The position numbers were made by a program, and so were the translations under genes. Below are positions 7,930 through 17,275 of a stretch of DNA of 58,780 nucleotides, in pieces. Source of the DNA: a virus; the IMG/VR virus record IMGVR_UViG_3300045988_043483; one strand, written 5' to 3'. Each line of letters begins with the position of its first letter. Position 1 is the stretch's first letter. The notes below the pieces were generated by a model, which was not told where the DNA came from, searched no databases, and worked only from the letters and a program-made list of their open reading frames with translations.

Positions 7930-9189
7930 TTACTTATATGCCACAATAAAGTTCAATTTAAAAACTGTATCATGACTTACGTTTGCAATTTGATATGCAT
8001 AAAACTTGCTATTACTTGCAAATCTTACATTAACTGCCCAATCACAATTTGCAAACACCCCAAATACATTTGCATTATTTGGCAATCCAAAGTCAGACAA
8101 GGAGCCTAAAAAGGACTGTTTATTCGCCACTAATAGAGTAACAGATGTTGATATTGATGCAAATTTCAAACCATTTAAATTGCCATTTACATCACTTAAT
8201 CCCCCAGTAACAGTCCCATCACCAATAGCCGAAATATCGGTAGTTCCGATAAGGCTTATAAGTGATTTGAGGTTTTTTACGGCCAGTTTAATTTTTCCCA
8301 AAATAGATGATAACTTTTCTCCTGTCGTTAATTCCTCTAAAGTTGTTGCTTCTTCAAACGCCGCAGTCAAATTACTACCATCACCAGTTTTGGTCAAATA
8401 GTTTGTCAAATCTGGTTTTGGAATTGCATCTATTTTTTTATCAACAGTGGTTTTGTCATAATAATTTGTCAAATCAGAAACTTTTTTTGTAATGTATCCA
8501 GCATCATTTTCTAATTCGCTAACTTTTGTTGGTATTCCTCCTGTTTGCTGTTTTGCCTGCTCCATATAATACTTTGCGTTATCTGTATCTTCTCCTTCTC
8601 TTGTTCCGGTTCCACCTACGGCATAAGATTCAGCCAATACAGATTTTGCATTTGCGGATTGCGCATAAGCAGATGCATTTGCGGATTCTACTCTAATATC
8701 TGCTAAATAATTAGGCTGAAGCATATCATCTGTTACTGATCCTGTTTTTATCGAAAAAGAATAAGTCTTATTCTTTCCAGTACCAGTCACTGATACAGCT
8801 ATGGTTGCAGAATCTTCAAATGTCAACACCGGAAGCATAGAACCAATATCAGCTGTAAACTGTGTTCCATCTTCTGTAGTCATGGTAATGATTCCGTCAT
8901 CAGACATTGAAAAGCCGACAGGAATTTTTTCAATGTTGAGGTCAAAAATAATCTTTTCACCGTTGTACTTTGTAATAGTAATAATACCGGTTGTTTCATC
9001 CATAGTCCAATCAGCAATATTCCCGTTTATTGCAGACTTGTCTACTTTTAAGGCATCCTGTAATATGATACGGTTGTCCAACGCATCAATAGCAGAATCC
9101 ATCTGATTAAGATTGTATGCATCTAAATCCGTGTTTTCACTTGGATAATCTTCCCAGTTAATTCTGGTATAAACCTTATTCAACGCCAT
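7930..9189 (-). CDS. Tail fibre / receptor-binding protein
   Basis: N-terminus MALNKVYTRINWEDYPSENTDLDAYNLNQMDSAIDALDNRI is the usual fibre N-terminal motif. Last gene of the tail module. Confidence 0.75.
   Translation of the reverse strand: MALNKVYTRINWEDYPSENTDLDAYNLNQMDSAIDALDNRIILQDALKVDKSAINGNIADWTMDETTGIITITKYNGEKIIFDLNIEKIPVGFSMSDDGIITMTTEDGTQFTADIGSMLPVLTFEDSATIAVSVTGTGKNKTYSFSIKTGSVTDDMLQPNYLADIRVESANASAYAQSANAKSVLAESYAVGGTGTREGEDTDNAKYYMEQAKQQTGGIPTKVSELENDAGYITKKVSDLTNYYDKTTVDKKIDAIPKPDLTNYLTKTGDGSNLTAAFEEATTLEELTTGEKLSSILGKIKLAVKNLKSLISLIGTTDISAIGDGTVTGGLSDVNGNLNGLKFASISTSVTLLVANKQSFLGSLSDFGLPNNANVFGVFANCDWAVNVRFASNSKFYAYQIANVSHDTVFKLNFIVAYK
8174..8191. repeat. Inverted repeat, right copy (plus strand TTTAAATTGCCATTTACA)
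   Basis: Inside the fibre gene, encoding VNGNLN, 83 codons before its stop. Confidence 0.85.
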
Positions 9190-9358
9190 CTGCAGATACC
9201 TCGCTTTCCTCTTTCATAATCTGCATATCTGATAACTGTTTAGTCTCCGAATACACTTCATACAGTACAAGCCTTTTCACCTCGATAGGCAACGGTGTTT
9301 GATTTAATACTGTCACAAGGTTGCTTTTTAATTTCTTAATCTCAAAGTTTGCTGCCAT
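9176..9358 (-). CDS. Hypothetical small tail-module protein (60 aa)
   Basis: Operon-oriented ORF overlapping the fibre gene start. Confidence 0.5.
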   Translation of the reverse strand: MAANFEIKKLKSNLVTVLNQTPLPIEVKRLVLYEVYSETKQLSDMQIMKEESEVSADGVE

Positions 9359-9359
9359 A

Positions 9360-9662
9360 TCAATTCTCCCTTACATAGATTTCTTTTCCTTGCTCTTCTG
9401 CATATGCATACAGATTTTTGCACAGTTCAGATACCTCATATCCGCTCTGTGCAACCACTGTATCCGACATGTCAATAAGTTGCTTCATAAACTCTTCAAA
9501 ACCATCGCCATCTTCCGTGCTAAACAATGTGGCATTTATTTCCGTAAACGTGGAAATTCCAATGGTAAAAGCTATATATTGCTGAATTTCTTGCCTTTCT
9601 TCCATTACTTCTTTCATTGTTTTTCCAATAATCGTTTGAAGAATAAATATTTTTTTTACCAT
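9360..9662 (-). CDS. Hypothetical protein (100 aa)
   Basis: Operon-oriented ORF, tightly packed with its neighbours. Confidence 0.5.
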   Translation of the reverse strand: MVKKIFILQTIIGKTMKEVMEERQEIQQYIAFTIGISTFTEINATLFSTEDGDGFEEFMKQLIDMSDTVVAQSGYEVSELCKNLYAYAEEQGKEIYVREN

Positions 9663-9672
9663 AATAAATCTC

Positions 9673-11586
9673 CTACGTCATAAGTGTGACAATTCCAGAT
9701 GTTGCAGTGAGCAAACCTCCAAGTGATGAAACTCCTGTAATAAAATTAACATTATGTCCAGGATAATCAGCAACATTGGCTGTTTGTGTTACCAAAGATA
9801 CATCTGATACGGTTCCATTTATATAATTTTTTGTGACACTTAATGTGGCACTTGTCAGTACTGTCTTACTGCCTAATATTTGAGAAGTTGTTGATATGTT
9901 TTTTACATATTGTGAATCATATGTTGCTCCATTTCCTACCACTAAAATTCCGCTTACACTTACCATTGAAGCATCAATAGTAAGATATTGTCCCAATCCT
10001 TTTATAGATCCTGTGCTTTGCAATAGTTCGTTATAAAATTTAATTTCACCTGATGATACTTCTGTGTAACTTCCGTCTTCCCCTATAGACTTAAAACTAC
10101 CAGTCATTACTGCGTTTTTAGCTGTTATAGTTCCATCTGCTGATATGCTACAGTTATCTGCTTCCAATACAAAACGGTTTCCAGAAATACTTACCTGTCC
10201 ACTTTCAACACTTAACTGAGAACTAACATCACCTTTTGATACTTTTAATTTGATTTGGTCTGCCTGCAAAGATATTGCCGCTGCCAATTCTACTTCTGTA
10301 TCTGTTGCCCTTTTCGCTTCTGCTTCAATTTTTCCTGCATTTTGCGTAATTTTCGTATCCAATCCGCTCTCTACATCCTTGATCTCAGATCGTGTTTCCT
10401 CAACAGTACGTTCTAACTCATTTGTTTTTCCACGGAGTTGAATTATACTTTTGTTAATTCCATTTACCTGTTCACTGTATTTTGGTGCTTTTCCGGTGGC
10501 AGATATGGTGTCTATCGGTTGTTGGATTCCTTTGTATGTTCTGCTCAACACATAGCTTTCTATGATTTCTTTAGCCGTATATACATTGACTGCTTCTCCA
10601 AGGCTCAAACAAGGATTTCCTATTTTTTCACAGTTATAAGGTCTATATTTTACAACTTTAATAACCTCATACAGATTTCTTGCAACCGTTTCTAGGGCAT
10701 CTGCACCCATTCCATAAACAAGGAAATTATCTTGCAAAATATAACTGTTGTCGTTGTCGGTAATCTCTGTATCTGGGTAAACTGCACCAATATCATTTTC
10801 TGATTGCCTTATCTGCACTTTTGTAACTTTTTGGCAGACAAAATCTTCATATTTAACTGATTTGTATTTTCCACCAGTAACCTTTTCTTTTTTAGAACCT
10901 TTTCTAGGGTATAATCCTTTCTGTGGATATAATCCTTTTTGTGGATATAATCCGGATATTATTTCTTTAAGGAAAACATATTCAAATTTTCCATCATGGT
11001 TAATGTGACCAAAGCATCCATTTATTGAGCAGATTGCTTCCATGACCGTCTGACCAGAAAGTTCGCTTGGTTTGATTGTTTCTGCCATTTCCATGCTGTC
11101 ATTAGGCAATGTGGTTGCTACTTGCTCAACACCAAAATATGAAAAAAAGCTGTCTCTGAACTGCTTTAAGGTCAGAGGAAATTTCAATCCGTTATACCAG
11201 GAAGATACTTCTGATTCTCCAATATCGTATATGGCGTCATATGCCGTCACATTCCTGTAACGCTTATCATCTGTTGGTTTATCGGAAATGACACGGTATT
11301 TGCCGAAAATAAACGGTGCGTCAGCATGTCCATTAATCACAGCAGAAACATTTATCTGTTTCCCAATCATGCTTGTGAACACGTTGGAAATTTTGAATTT
11401 TAACTGTGATGCATTGCACTGTCCAAATGTAAGGTAATCATCATCACATAGTATTTCTTTTAATTCAAACTGTTCAAAATGGATTTCGCTGTTGGTGATT
11501 TTTACAGACTTGTCCTCTGTTTCAATCGTGATTTCCTTTTTGGATGCGCTTTTATCAAACAAATCCGCATAGGTATAGTTACTCAT
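9673..11586 (-). CDS. Tail-associated (Tal-like) minor structural protein
   Basis: 637 aa, positioned after the TMP and a small tail protein. Has a coiled-coil segment and a Gly/Ser/Thr-rich C-terminus. Contains (GLYPQK)x3. Confidence 0.6.
   Translation of the reverse strand: MSNYTYADLFDKSASKKEITIETEDKSVKITNSEIHFEQFELKEILCDDDYLTFGQCNASQLKFKISNVFTSMIGKQINVSAVINGHADAPFIFGKYRVISDKPTDDKRYRNVTAYDAIYDIGESEVSSWYNGLKFPLTLKQFRDSFFSYFGVEQVATTLPNDSMEMAETIKPSELSGQTVMEAICSINGCFGHINHDGKFEYVFLKEIISGLYPQKGLYPQKGLYPRKGSKKEKVTGGKYKSVKYEDFVCQKVTKVQIRQSENDIGAVYPDTEITDNDNSYILQDNFLVYGMGADALETVARNLYEVIKVVKYRPYNCEKIGNPCLSLGEAVNVYTAKEIIESYVLSRTYKGIQQPIDTISATGKAPKYSEQVNGINKSIIQLRGKTNELERTVEETRSEIKDVESGLDTKITQNAGKIEAEAKRATDTEVELAAAISLQADQIKLKVSKGDVSSQLSVESGQVSISGNRFVLEADNCSISADGTITAKNAVMTGSFKSIGEDGSYTEVSSGEIKFYNELLQSTGSIKGLGQYLTIDASMVSVSGILVVGNGATYDSQYVKNISTTSQILGSKTVLTSATLSVTKNYINGTVSDVSLVTQTANVADYPGHNVNFITGVSSLGGLLTATSGIVTLMT
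10907..10956 (-). repeat. 18-bp tandem repeat, about 2.7 copies, encoding GLYPQK/GLYPQK/GLYPRK
   Basis: GGRTATAATCCTTTYTGT units read directly on the plus strand. Confidence 0.85.
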
Positions 11587-12001
11587 TCGCTACACCTCCG
11601 ACAAATGAAAATTCTATCTGATTGTATTTAATCTCTCCGTCATAAGTTCCGTAGATTGTAGGCTTTATATCAGCCATATATCCATATTGTGTGACATATT
11701 GACCTAAAAATGGAATGTATGCCGTGATATTACATCCCTGTTCCGTTGCATCAATAAAGTTTCTTCGTATCCCGGACAGTAACTCTTGCAAATCGTCATC
11801 CGTCAGCATCGCAGGCGTGGAAAAATCAACACTTAATGCTTTTAGCTCCACAGCATTTCTATGTACGTATCCATTTGCATCAGTCCACGGGTCTACATCT
11901 TGCATATTTACGGCCGGCTGATAACTTTCAGCGGCTATAAATCTTGACTGGTCAATAACGTAATCTCCAATTTTTAAAAGCCATCCTTGATATGCTGACA
12001 T
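11579..12001 (-). CDS. Small tail protein (position of the distal tail protein)
   Basis: Call rests on synteny only: immediately after the TMP, overlapping the Tal start. Confidence 0.4.
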   Translation of the reverse strand: MSAYQGWLLKIGDYVIDQSRFIAAESYQPAVNMQDVDPWTDANGYVHRNAVELKALSVDFSTPAMLTDDDLQELLSGIRRNFIDATEQGCNITAYIPFLGQYVTQYGYMADIKPTIYGTYDGEIKYNQIEFSFVGGVANE

Positions 12002-12058
12002 ACGCTCACCGCCTCATTGCATAAAAATAGACAGCACCCATCCAGAGTGCTGTCTGTG

Positions 12059-15000
12059 TTAAAATACATATACATTCTTGTGTTTTTGGTTAAATTGCTC
12101 TTGACCGTATTGTCTTGCGGCAATTCCAATTTGATCTGTTGTTATTCCAAACTCTTTCTCAAGGATTCCTTGCAGTAGCTGATTATTCTGTTTCAGAAGT
12201 GCAATTTCCTGTTGTGCCGTGGAATTAATAGCATCTTTTATTCCAGTGATTTCAACTCCACCGGCAACCGCTGTCTTGCCTCCTACTGTCCCGGCAATCT
12301 CCGGTACACCGTTTTCTCCTGCCATGATCATCGTGTATCGGCTCGGAACGTAACCACCGGTATCAAATCGAGGAATACTTATTTTAGGTATTTGCACTGG
12401 CTTGAAACTTATTCCTATAGCTTCAGATATGCCACTAATCAGACCAAAGCCATCAATAAAAGCGTTTATTCCATCAATAATCAGATTTACGCATCCCTCT
12501 GCTATGGATACAAGGTTGTTAAATGTTCCTTTGAAAATGTCTTTTATTCCGTCCCATGCTTTTCTCCAGTTTCCAGTAAATACACCGGAAACAAAATTAA
12601 TTAGTCCTTTTAATTTTGTTCCAAGGTTTTTGATAATATTACCTATTGCATTAAATACAGTTTCAAAAGCAGGCTTTAAATCTTCCCACAAATGAGTGAC
12701 TATGAGAGATAAAACATTGTCCCATAAGAAGTTGAATACTTCTATTACTGGTTTTACTTGTTCTACCAGAAAATTCATGGTATCGACTATCGCATCAAAT
12801 GCAGCTCCTAAAACACTTCCTAATGCTTGTGCCAAAGGAACTACTACATTTTTCCAAAGTACCGTAAGTATATCAGTAACAATTTGAATTGCAGGCTTTA
12901 AGATATTTCCAAGGAATGTTCCAAACGGAACAAGCACTCCATTCCAAAGATTTTCAAAAGCACTTTGCAATTTCGGAAGCACTTCTTCACCAACATATTT
13001 TAATGCGGGATTTAGCATATCCTGCCATATGCTTGTGAATGCAGTCTTCAAAAATTCTCCTATCGGAGTAAGCACATCTACAAGCCCTGTCCATGCATTC
13101 TGTAAATCTGGTATAACCGTTGTTGTCAAAAACTCCATTGCAGGAGTTAGGTTATCCGCAATGGCTGAAATTGATTCCTTGAAACTATTTCTAACATCCT
13201 CGTTTGTCGCATATACAAGCGCAAGTCCTGCTACAACCGCTGTGATAGCCGCTGTTGCCGCTACTGCTCCTGCACTAATACCACCAAACAATCCGGTTGC
13301 TCCTGCTGCTGCCGCTCCCCCTGCTCCTGTTGCCGCTCCAGTTCCTAATAGACTTCCGAGAATTGTTTCTCCGATTCCTGCTCCTGCCTTACCGCCCATT
13401 GACAAGACAATAGAATCTTTTATTGCTTTCCACAGAATATCTCCCAAGCCAGTGAATTTCAAAAGTCCTATTGCTGTTAGAATCGTAGTTTCAATCGGTG
13501 CAGCATCAAAACTTCCTTTCCATAGGTCGATTGCCGCATCTATGGCAGTTTTTATGAAATTTCCGGCAGATGTAAACACAGCAGTCCAGTCAATACCAGC
13601 AAGAAACTGTCCTATGTTTTGCCCAATCTGATACCAATCTACAGATGCAATAGCATCGGACATCCAGTTAAATATCCCTGTGACAATACCGGATAAATCT
13701 TGTCCTGCTTCGAAGAAATCACCATTGAATAAATCTTTGAATAACTTTTTCACAGGCTCAAGAAGTTTTTCTATCTTATCAGCCCAGCCAAGAGCTGTAT
13801 TCTGCATCTTGTCAAATGCTTCCTGCCATACTTTTTCGTACTCTGCAGTAGCATCCATGATTTCCTTGGTAAGGTCAATTCCTGTTCCACCAGCGCCACT
13901 TCCGGAACCACTGGATTTTGGAGTTGAAATAACTTTCAATTTATCAAATGCTCTGATTCCGCTTTGAGCATTTTTTGCACTTGTACCAACTTTATCAAGT
14001 GCATCTGCCGTGTCTTCCAAATCTTCATTGTACCCGGATACACCTTGACCGAATGACGAAAAGTCAATCTTGATTCCCAGCAAATTTGCCACACTGACAA
14101 GCAATCTCTTAATTGCAATTACGACACCGTTAATAACAGGAAGTACTTTCTGCAATACCGGAATAAACAACTGTCCCAGTACCATTCCGGCTTCTTTTAC
14201 GTTGTTAGTAAACTGGCGAATCATATTACTTGGAGAATTGATTGTATTCGCTAAATCTCCCCATGATACTTTGGACTGGTCTAAGATTGCAAGTAAACGC
14301 AACTGCTGTTTCTCTGCCTGTGACATTTCAGATACAGCCTTTTCAATGCCGTATTTGTAAGCATAAGTCTGCAGTGTGGCATTTGTGATATCAATACCAT
14401 ACTTATACAGTGCTCTTGACTGACCGATCAAACCGGACTGTAAGTTTGTTGCAACTGTACTGAAATCCACGTTAAACAGAGATGAAATGTCCCCAGCAAG
14501 CATTGTCATGGACTTTGAAATTGCCGTAGTGACTTCTCCGGTCTGCCCTAAAGAGTTGGTAATAGATGCAAGTTGTGAAGCGTACTGCGTAATCTCCTGT
14601 AAATTCAATCCCAGGTTTTTCATTCCGCTTTCAGAAATCAATCCACCGTCTACATCTACTTTTAGACCGGACATTTTACCCAGCAGTTCATTTACACGGT
14701 TTCCGAAGCTCTGCGCATAATCCTCTGCGTTGTCGTAACCGAATTTTTCAAAATCCTTGCCCCATTCCTTGCCGACTTTATTAAATGCTACCGTGTAGTA
14801 GTTAAATGCTTCGATATAGTCCGTAGTTCCCTCTATGGACTTCCACAGGCTTTTAATTCCACGGATCACAAGGAAATATGTTGCGTAGAATCTGCCGAAA
14901 GCCGCAGCAAGACTGAATGTGCTCTTCGTGGCTCTTTTTGCGCTTGCCGTATAGGTGTTCAGATTCCGTCCTAAAGAGTTTGCGGCTCTGCCGGATGCCG

Positions 15001-15514
15001 CACCAGTAGATGCCAGTCCTGCCAGTGCATTTGTCATGCGGATAATGTTCTCACTGACATTCGGAGCGGTTGAAAGAGTTGTAAATAACTGCTTCAAATT
15101 CTTTGCCAGTAAAGGAATGTTCGTGATTGCTCTGCCGGATGCAACGCCTCCGAGTCTTGAAATCGAAGATGCTATGCTCGCAATATCCCCTACTCCATCT
15201 ACTTTTGTTCCTGCCATGTCAGCAGAAAAAGTCTTCAGTGCAGATGAAATTCTGCTTAATCCGCTTGTATCTATTTTCCCCATTCTGTTAATGGAATTTG
15301 TCAATGTGGAGATATTCTTAATACCGCTCGTATTCATGGAACTGGCGGCATTTGCGATACTCTGTATGCTATTAGAAATGCTTGTCAGTTTGGATGTATC
15401 AATAGACAAGCTTCTCTGAAAATTCGTAAGACTTGATGCAAGTTTATTCAGCGCATTAGTTGCTTTGTCCGCATCCGCACTGATTTTTATTTGAAGATTA
15501 TCAATATCTGCCAT
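12059..15514 (-). CDS. Tape measure protein
   Basis: 1151 aa, helical and Ala/Gly-rich with a hydrophobic central segment, downstream of the G/GT chaperones. Confidence 0.85.
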   Translation of the reverse strand: MADIDNLQIKISADADKATNALNKLASSLTNFQRSLSIDTSKLTSISNSIQSIANAASSMNTSGIKNISTLTNSINRMGKIDTSGLSRISSALKTFSADMAGTKVDGVGDIASIASSISRLGGVASGRAITNIPLLAKNLKQLFTTLSTAPNVSENIIRMTNALAGLASTGAASGRAANSLGRNLNTYTASAKRATKSTFSLAAAFGRFYATYFLVIRGIKSLWKSIEGTTDYIEAFNYYTVAFNKVGKEWGKDFEKFGYDNAEDYAQSFGNRVNELLGKMSGLKVDVDGGLISESGMKNLGLNLQEITQYASQLASITNSLGQTGEVTTAISKSMTMLAGDISSLFNVDFSTVATNLQSGLIGQSRALYKYGIDITNATLQTYAYKYGIEKAVSEMSQAEKQQLRLLAILDQSKVSWGDLANTINSPSNMIRQFTNNVKEAGMVLGQLFIPVLQKVLPVINGVVIAIKRLLVSVANLLGIKIDFSSFGQGVSGYNEDLEDTADALDKVGTSAKNAQSGIRAFDKLKVISTPKSSGSGSGAGGTGIDLTKEIMDATAEYEKVWQEAFDKMQNTALGWADKIEKLLEPVKKLFKDLFNGDFFEAGQDLSGIVTGIFNWMSDAIASVDWYQIGQNIGQFLAGIDWTAVFTSAGNFIKTAIDAAIDLWKGSFDAAPIETTILTAIGLLKFTGLGDILWKAIKDSIVLSMGGKAGAGIGETILGSLLGTGAATGAGGAAAAGATGLFGGISAGAVAATAAITAVVAGLALVYATNEDVRNSFKESISAIADNLTPAMEFLTTTVIPDLQNAWTGLVDVLTPIGEFLKTAFTSIWQDMLNPALKYVGEEVLPKLQSAFENLWNGVLVPFGTFLGNILKPAIQIVTDILTVLWKNVVVPLAQALGSVLGAAFDAIVDTMNFLVEQVKPVIEVFNFLWDNVLSLIVTHLWEDLKPAFETVFNAIGNIIKNLGTKLKGLINFVSGVFTGNWRKAWDGIKDIFKGTFNNLVSIAEGCVNLIIDGINAFIDGFGLISGISEAIGISFKPVQIPKISIPRFDTGGYVPSRYTMIMAGENGVPEIAGTVGGKTAVAGGVEITGIKDAINSTAQQEIALLKQNNQLLQGILEKEFGITTDQIGIAARQYGQEQFNQKHKNVYVF

Positions 15515-15533
15515 ACTGCACCGCCTTTACCGA

Positions 15534-15561
15534 AATAAAAAAGGAAGTGTCTGCCACTTCC
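15534..15561 (-). terminator. Rho-independent terminator T2 (GGAAGTG-n5-CACTTCC plus TTTTTTATTT on the minus strand)
   Basis: Read directly. Ends about 20 nt upstream of the TMP ATG. Confidence 0.7.
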
Positions 15562-15562
15562 A

Positions 15563-15597
15563 AGAAAAAGAGCGGTAAGCTGTGACACCTACCGCTC
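15563..15597 (-). terminator. Rho-independent terminator T1 (GAGCGGTA-n12-TACCGCTC plus TTTTTCTT on the minus strand)
   Basis: Read directly. Starts 6 nt after the endolysin stop. Confidence 0.7.
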
Positions 15598-15603
15598 CTA
15601 AAA

Positions 15604-16482
15604 TTACTTTTTGAGATATGCCCTTGTAACCGCACCGACTTTTCCATCTACAGTGATTCCAACACTCTTTTGGAATGCTTTTACTGCATCAGAAGTGGTT
15701 TTTCCAAAATATCCGTCAATGTTCGTCTTACCTTTCGCATTTACAGACGGCATAAAGCCTTTCCTTACAAGTTCGTACTGCGCCCACTTGACATCGTTTC
15801 CCTTCATCATTGCCAGACGCTTGTAATAAAGAAGTCTTTCCGGCTCTGTATAAGGGTTGCTATGGCTTGTAGAATCCTCATATACGGCATTTAACTCCTT
15901 GTACCATACATTCATGTCTACATTGCCTACAATACCGCCTACACGCCCTTTAGAAGTATACTGCCAGCCTACCATGTTCGGTACTTGCGGTTGATACTTC
16001 ACATCACACTTGCCGTTATTCTTGCCGTACCGTGCAATCCACATAGGATAACTCACACCGCCATAAGGCTTAATGTATGTCTTGTAAAAACTTTCCCCAG
16101 TGTATACACCGAATGGCAATCCTGCATCGGTGATTACCTTTCCGTAAGCATTGATAATAGAAATAATATTTTTGCCAAGACCTTTCATAACGGCATCTTC
16201 AACATCAAGATATACTGTCACTTTTCTGCCATTAAGAATAGTAAGCACTCTTCTTGCATCAGATCGTGATTTTGCAACCGTTGTAATATATCCGTATTCA
16301 TATACTCCGTGCACATGGACATTGTGCTCTTTACAACCTTTCCAGTTCTCTTCAAACTTCTTGTCCGGGTTCAAATCCTTACGGATGACTTTCAAAATAG
16401 CAAAATCAATACCGTTCTGTTTTACCGCCCACCAGTTAATCGTCCCCTGGTATGAGGACACATCAATTCCTGTTAAACTCAT
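15604..16482 (-). CDS. Endolysin: GH25 muramidase plus C-terminal peptidoglycan-binding domain
   Basis: GIDVSSYQGTINWWAVKQNGIDFAILKV is GH25-type. The C-terminus DGYFGKTTSDAVKAFQKSVGITVDGKVGAVT is PG_binding_1-like. Confidence 0.85.
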   Translation of the reverse strand: MSLTGIDVSSYQGTINWWAVKQNGIDFAILKVIRKDLNPDKKFEENWKGCKEHNVHVHGVYEYGYITTVAKSRSDARRVLTILNGRKVTVYLDVEDAVMKGLGKNIISIINAYGKVITDAGLPFGVYTGESFYKTYIKPYGGVSYPMWIARYGKNNGKCDVKYQPQVPNMVGWQYTSKGRVGGIVGNVDMNVWYKELNAVYEDSTSHSNPYTEPERLLYYKRLAMMKGNDVKWAQYELVRKGFMPSVNAKGKTNIDGYFGKTTSDAVKAFQKSVGITVDGKVGAVTRAYLKK

Positions 16483-16940
16483 GTTTGTTTCTCCTTTTTG
16501 GGATGTGATAATTCAAAATTAGCCTGCATTGCCATAAGTCCTGCAAGGAACGCTTTCCTTTGCTTCTGAATTTCTTTTTCATTATTAGCAATGTCAGCAC
16601 GTTCTATAATAGGCTTGTCAATATACTTCGATTGTGCTTTTCGACCGTTTAGGCAATGGTCTACGGCAACAGATGTTGCTGCTAGTCCATATTCTCCCCA
16701 CCACATCCACATTTCTCTGTCTCTCTGCTTCATTTCTAGCTTGTACGCTTCTGCATAAGGCTCTAAATCCGCAGGGCAGGAAGAATCTATATCTTTTACT
16801 GTAAATCCGTATCCTTTTGTGCATAAAAGCCACATAGGACGTACTTCTTTACAGTATATTTCCCATGTTAGTTCTCTGACTTCTCCGGTGCTTTCTTGGA
16901 GTTCTTCTCCTGCTCCTGTTTCAGGAGCTTCGCTAAAAAA
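16479..16940 (-). CDS. Tail assembly chaperone T-part, expressed as a G-T fusion by -1 frameshift
   Basis: The ORF (track 16479..16835) stays open upstream of its first ATG in the -1 frame relative to 16868..17275, back to the slippery heptamer at 16934-16940. Confidence 0.6.
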   Translation of the reverse strand, partial: FFSEAPETGAGEELQESTGEVRELTWEIYCKEVRPMWLLCTKGYGFTVKDIDSSCPADLEPYAEAYKLEMKQRDREMWMWWGEYGLAATSVAVDHCLNGRKAQSKYIDKPIIERADIANNEKEIQKQRKAFLAGLMAMQANFELSHPKKEKQT

Positions 16941-17275
16941 CCGTTTTCAAGCAGTTCTCCTTGCACATCAGCAAATAATTTCTGAATGTCAGATTCGTCA
17001 GAATCGAAATAATCATCAAGCATGGAATAAACCTCGCTTAACTTTGCTTCTTTCTGCTCTTTGTTGTAAGGGTCGAAACCGTATTCATCAGAGTGGTATT
17101 TCTGTAAACCTACAAGAATCAGTTCCGGCAGTAACATGAGAATGTTATTCACGGATTCAATGCCGTCTTCCTGCTTTTCAAGGTTTGCCAGTTTCTTAAT
17201 AATGTTGTTTTTTACGGTTGCTTCGTAACCAAATTTAATGTTCAGTTCCTTTTCTCCAAATTTTACTTTCAGCAT
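16868..17275 (-). CDS. Tail assembly chaperone (gpG-like)
   Basis: 135 aa with an acidic C-terminus, located between the major tail and TMP genes. Confidence 0.7.
   Translation of the reverse strand: MLKVKFGEKELNIKFGYEATVKNNIIKKLANLEKQEDGIESVNNILMLLPELILVGLQKYHSDEYGFDPYNKEQKEAKLSEVYSMLDDYFDSDESDIQKLFADVQGELLENGFLAKLLKQEQEKNSKKAPEKSEN
16934..16940 (-). promoter_or_regulatory. Candidate -1 programmed frameshift slippery site T TTT TTA
   Basis: Minus strand GGT TTT TTA GCG in the G frame. After the -1 shift the reading is FFSEAPETGAGEELQESTGEVRELTWEIYCKEVRPMWLL... with no stop. Confidence 0.55.

Noticed and set aside
7599-9189. A diversity-generating retroelement as the source of tail-fibre variation
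   Set aside because: No reverse transcriptase gene and no template/variable repeat pair with adenine-specific differences were seen. The only repeat is the 18-bp inverted pair.
12212-15419. Many 60-200-aa plus-strand ORFs inside the tape-measure gene (for example 13029..13631); similar antisense or alternate-frame ORFs occur in other large genes (871..1362, 20689..21138, 22895..23329, 23769..24314, 6942..7589)
   Set aside because: These are nested in long, well-supported genes. They have no RBS and a composition typical of antisense or alternate-frame translation.
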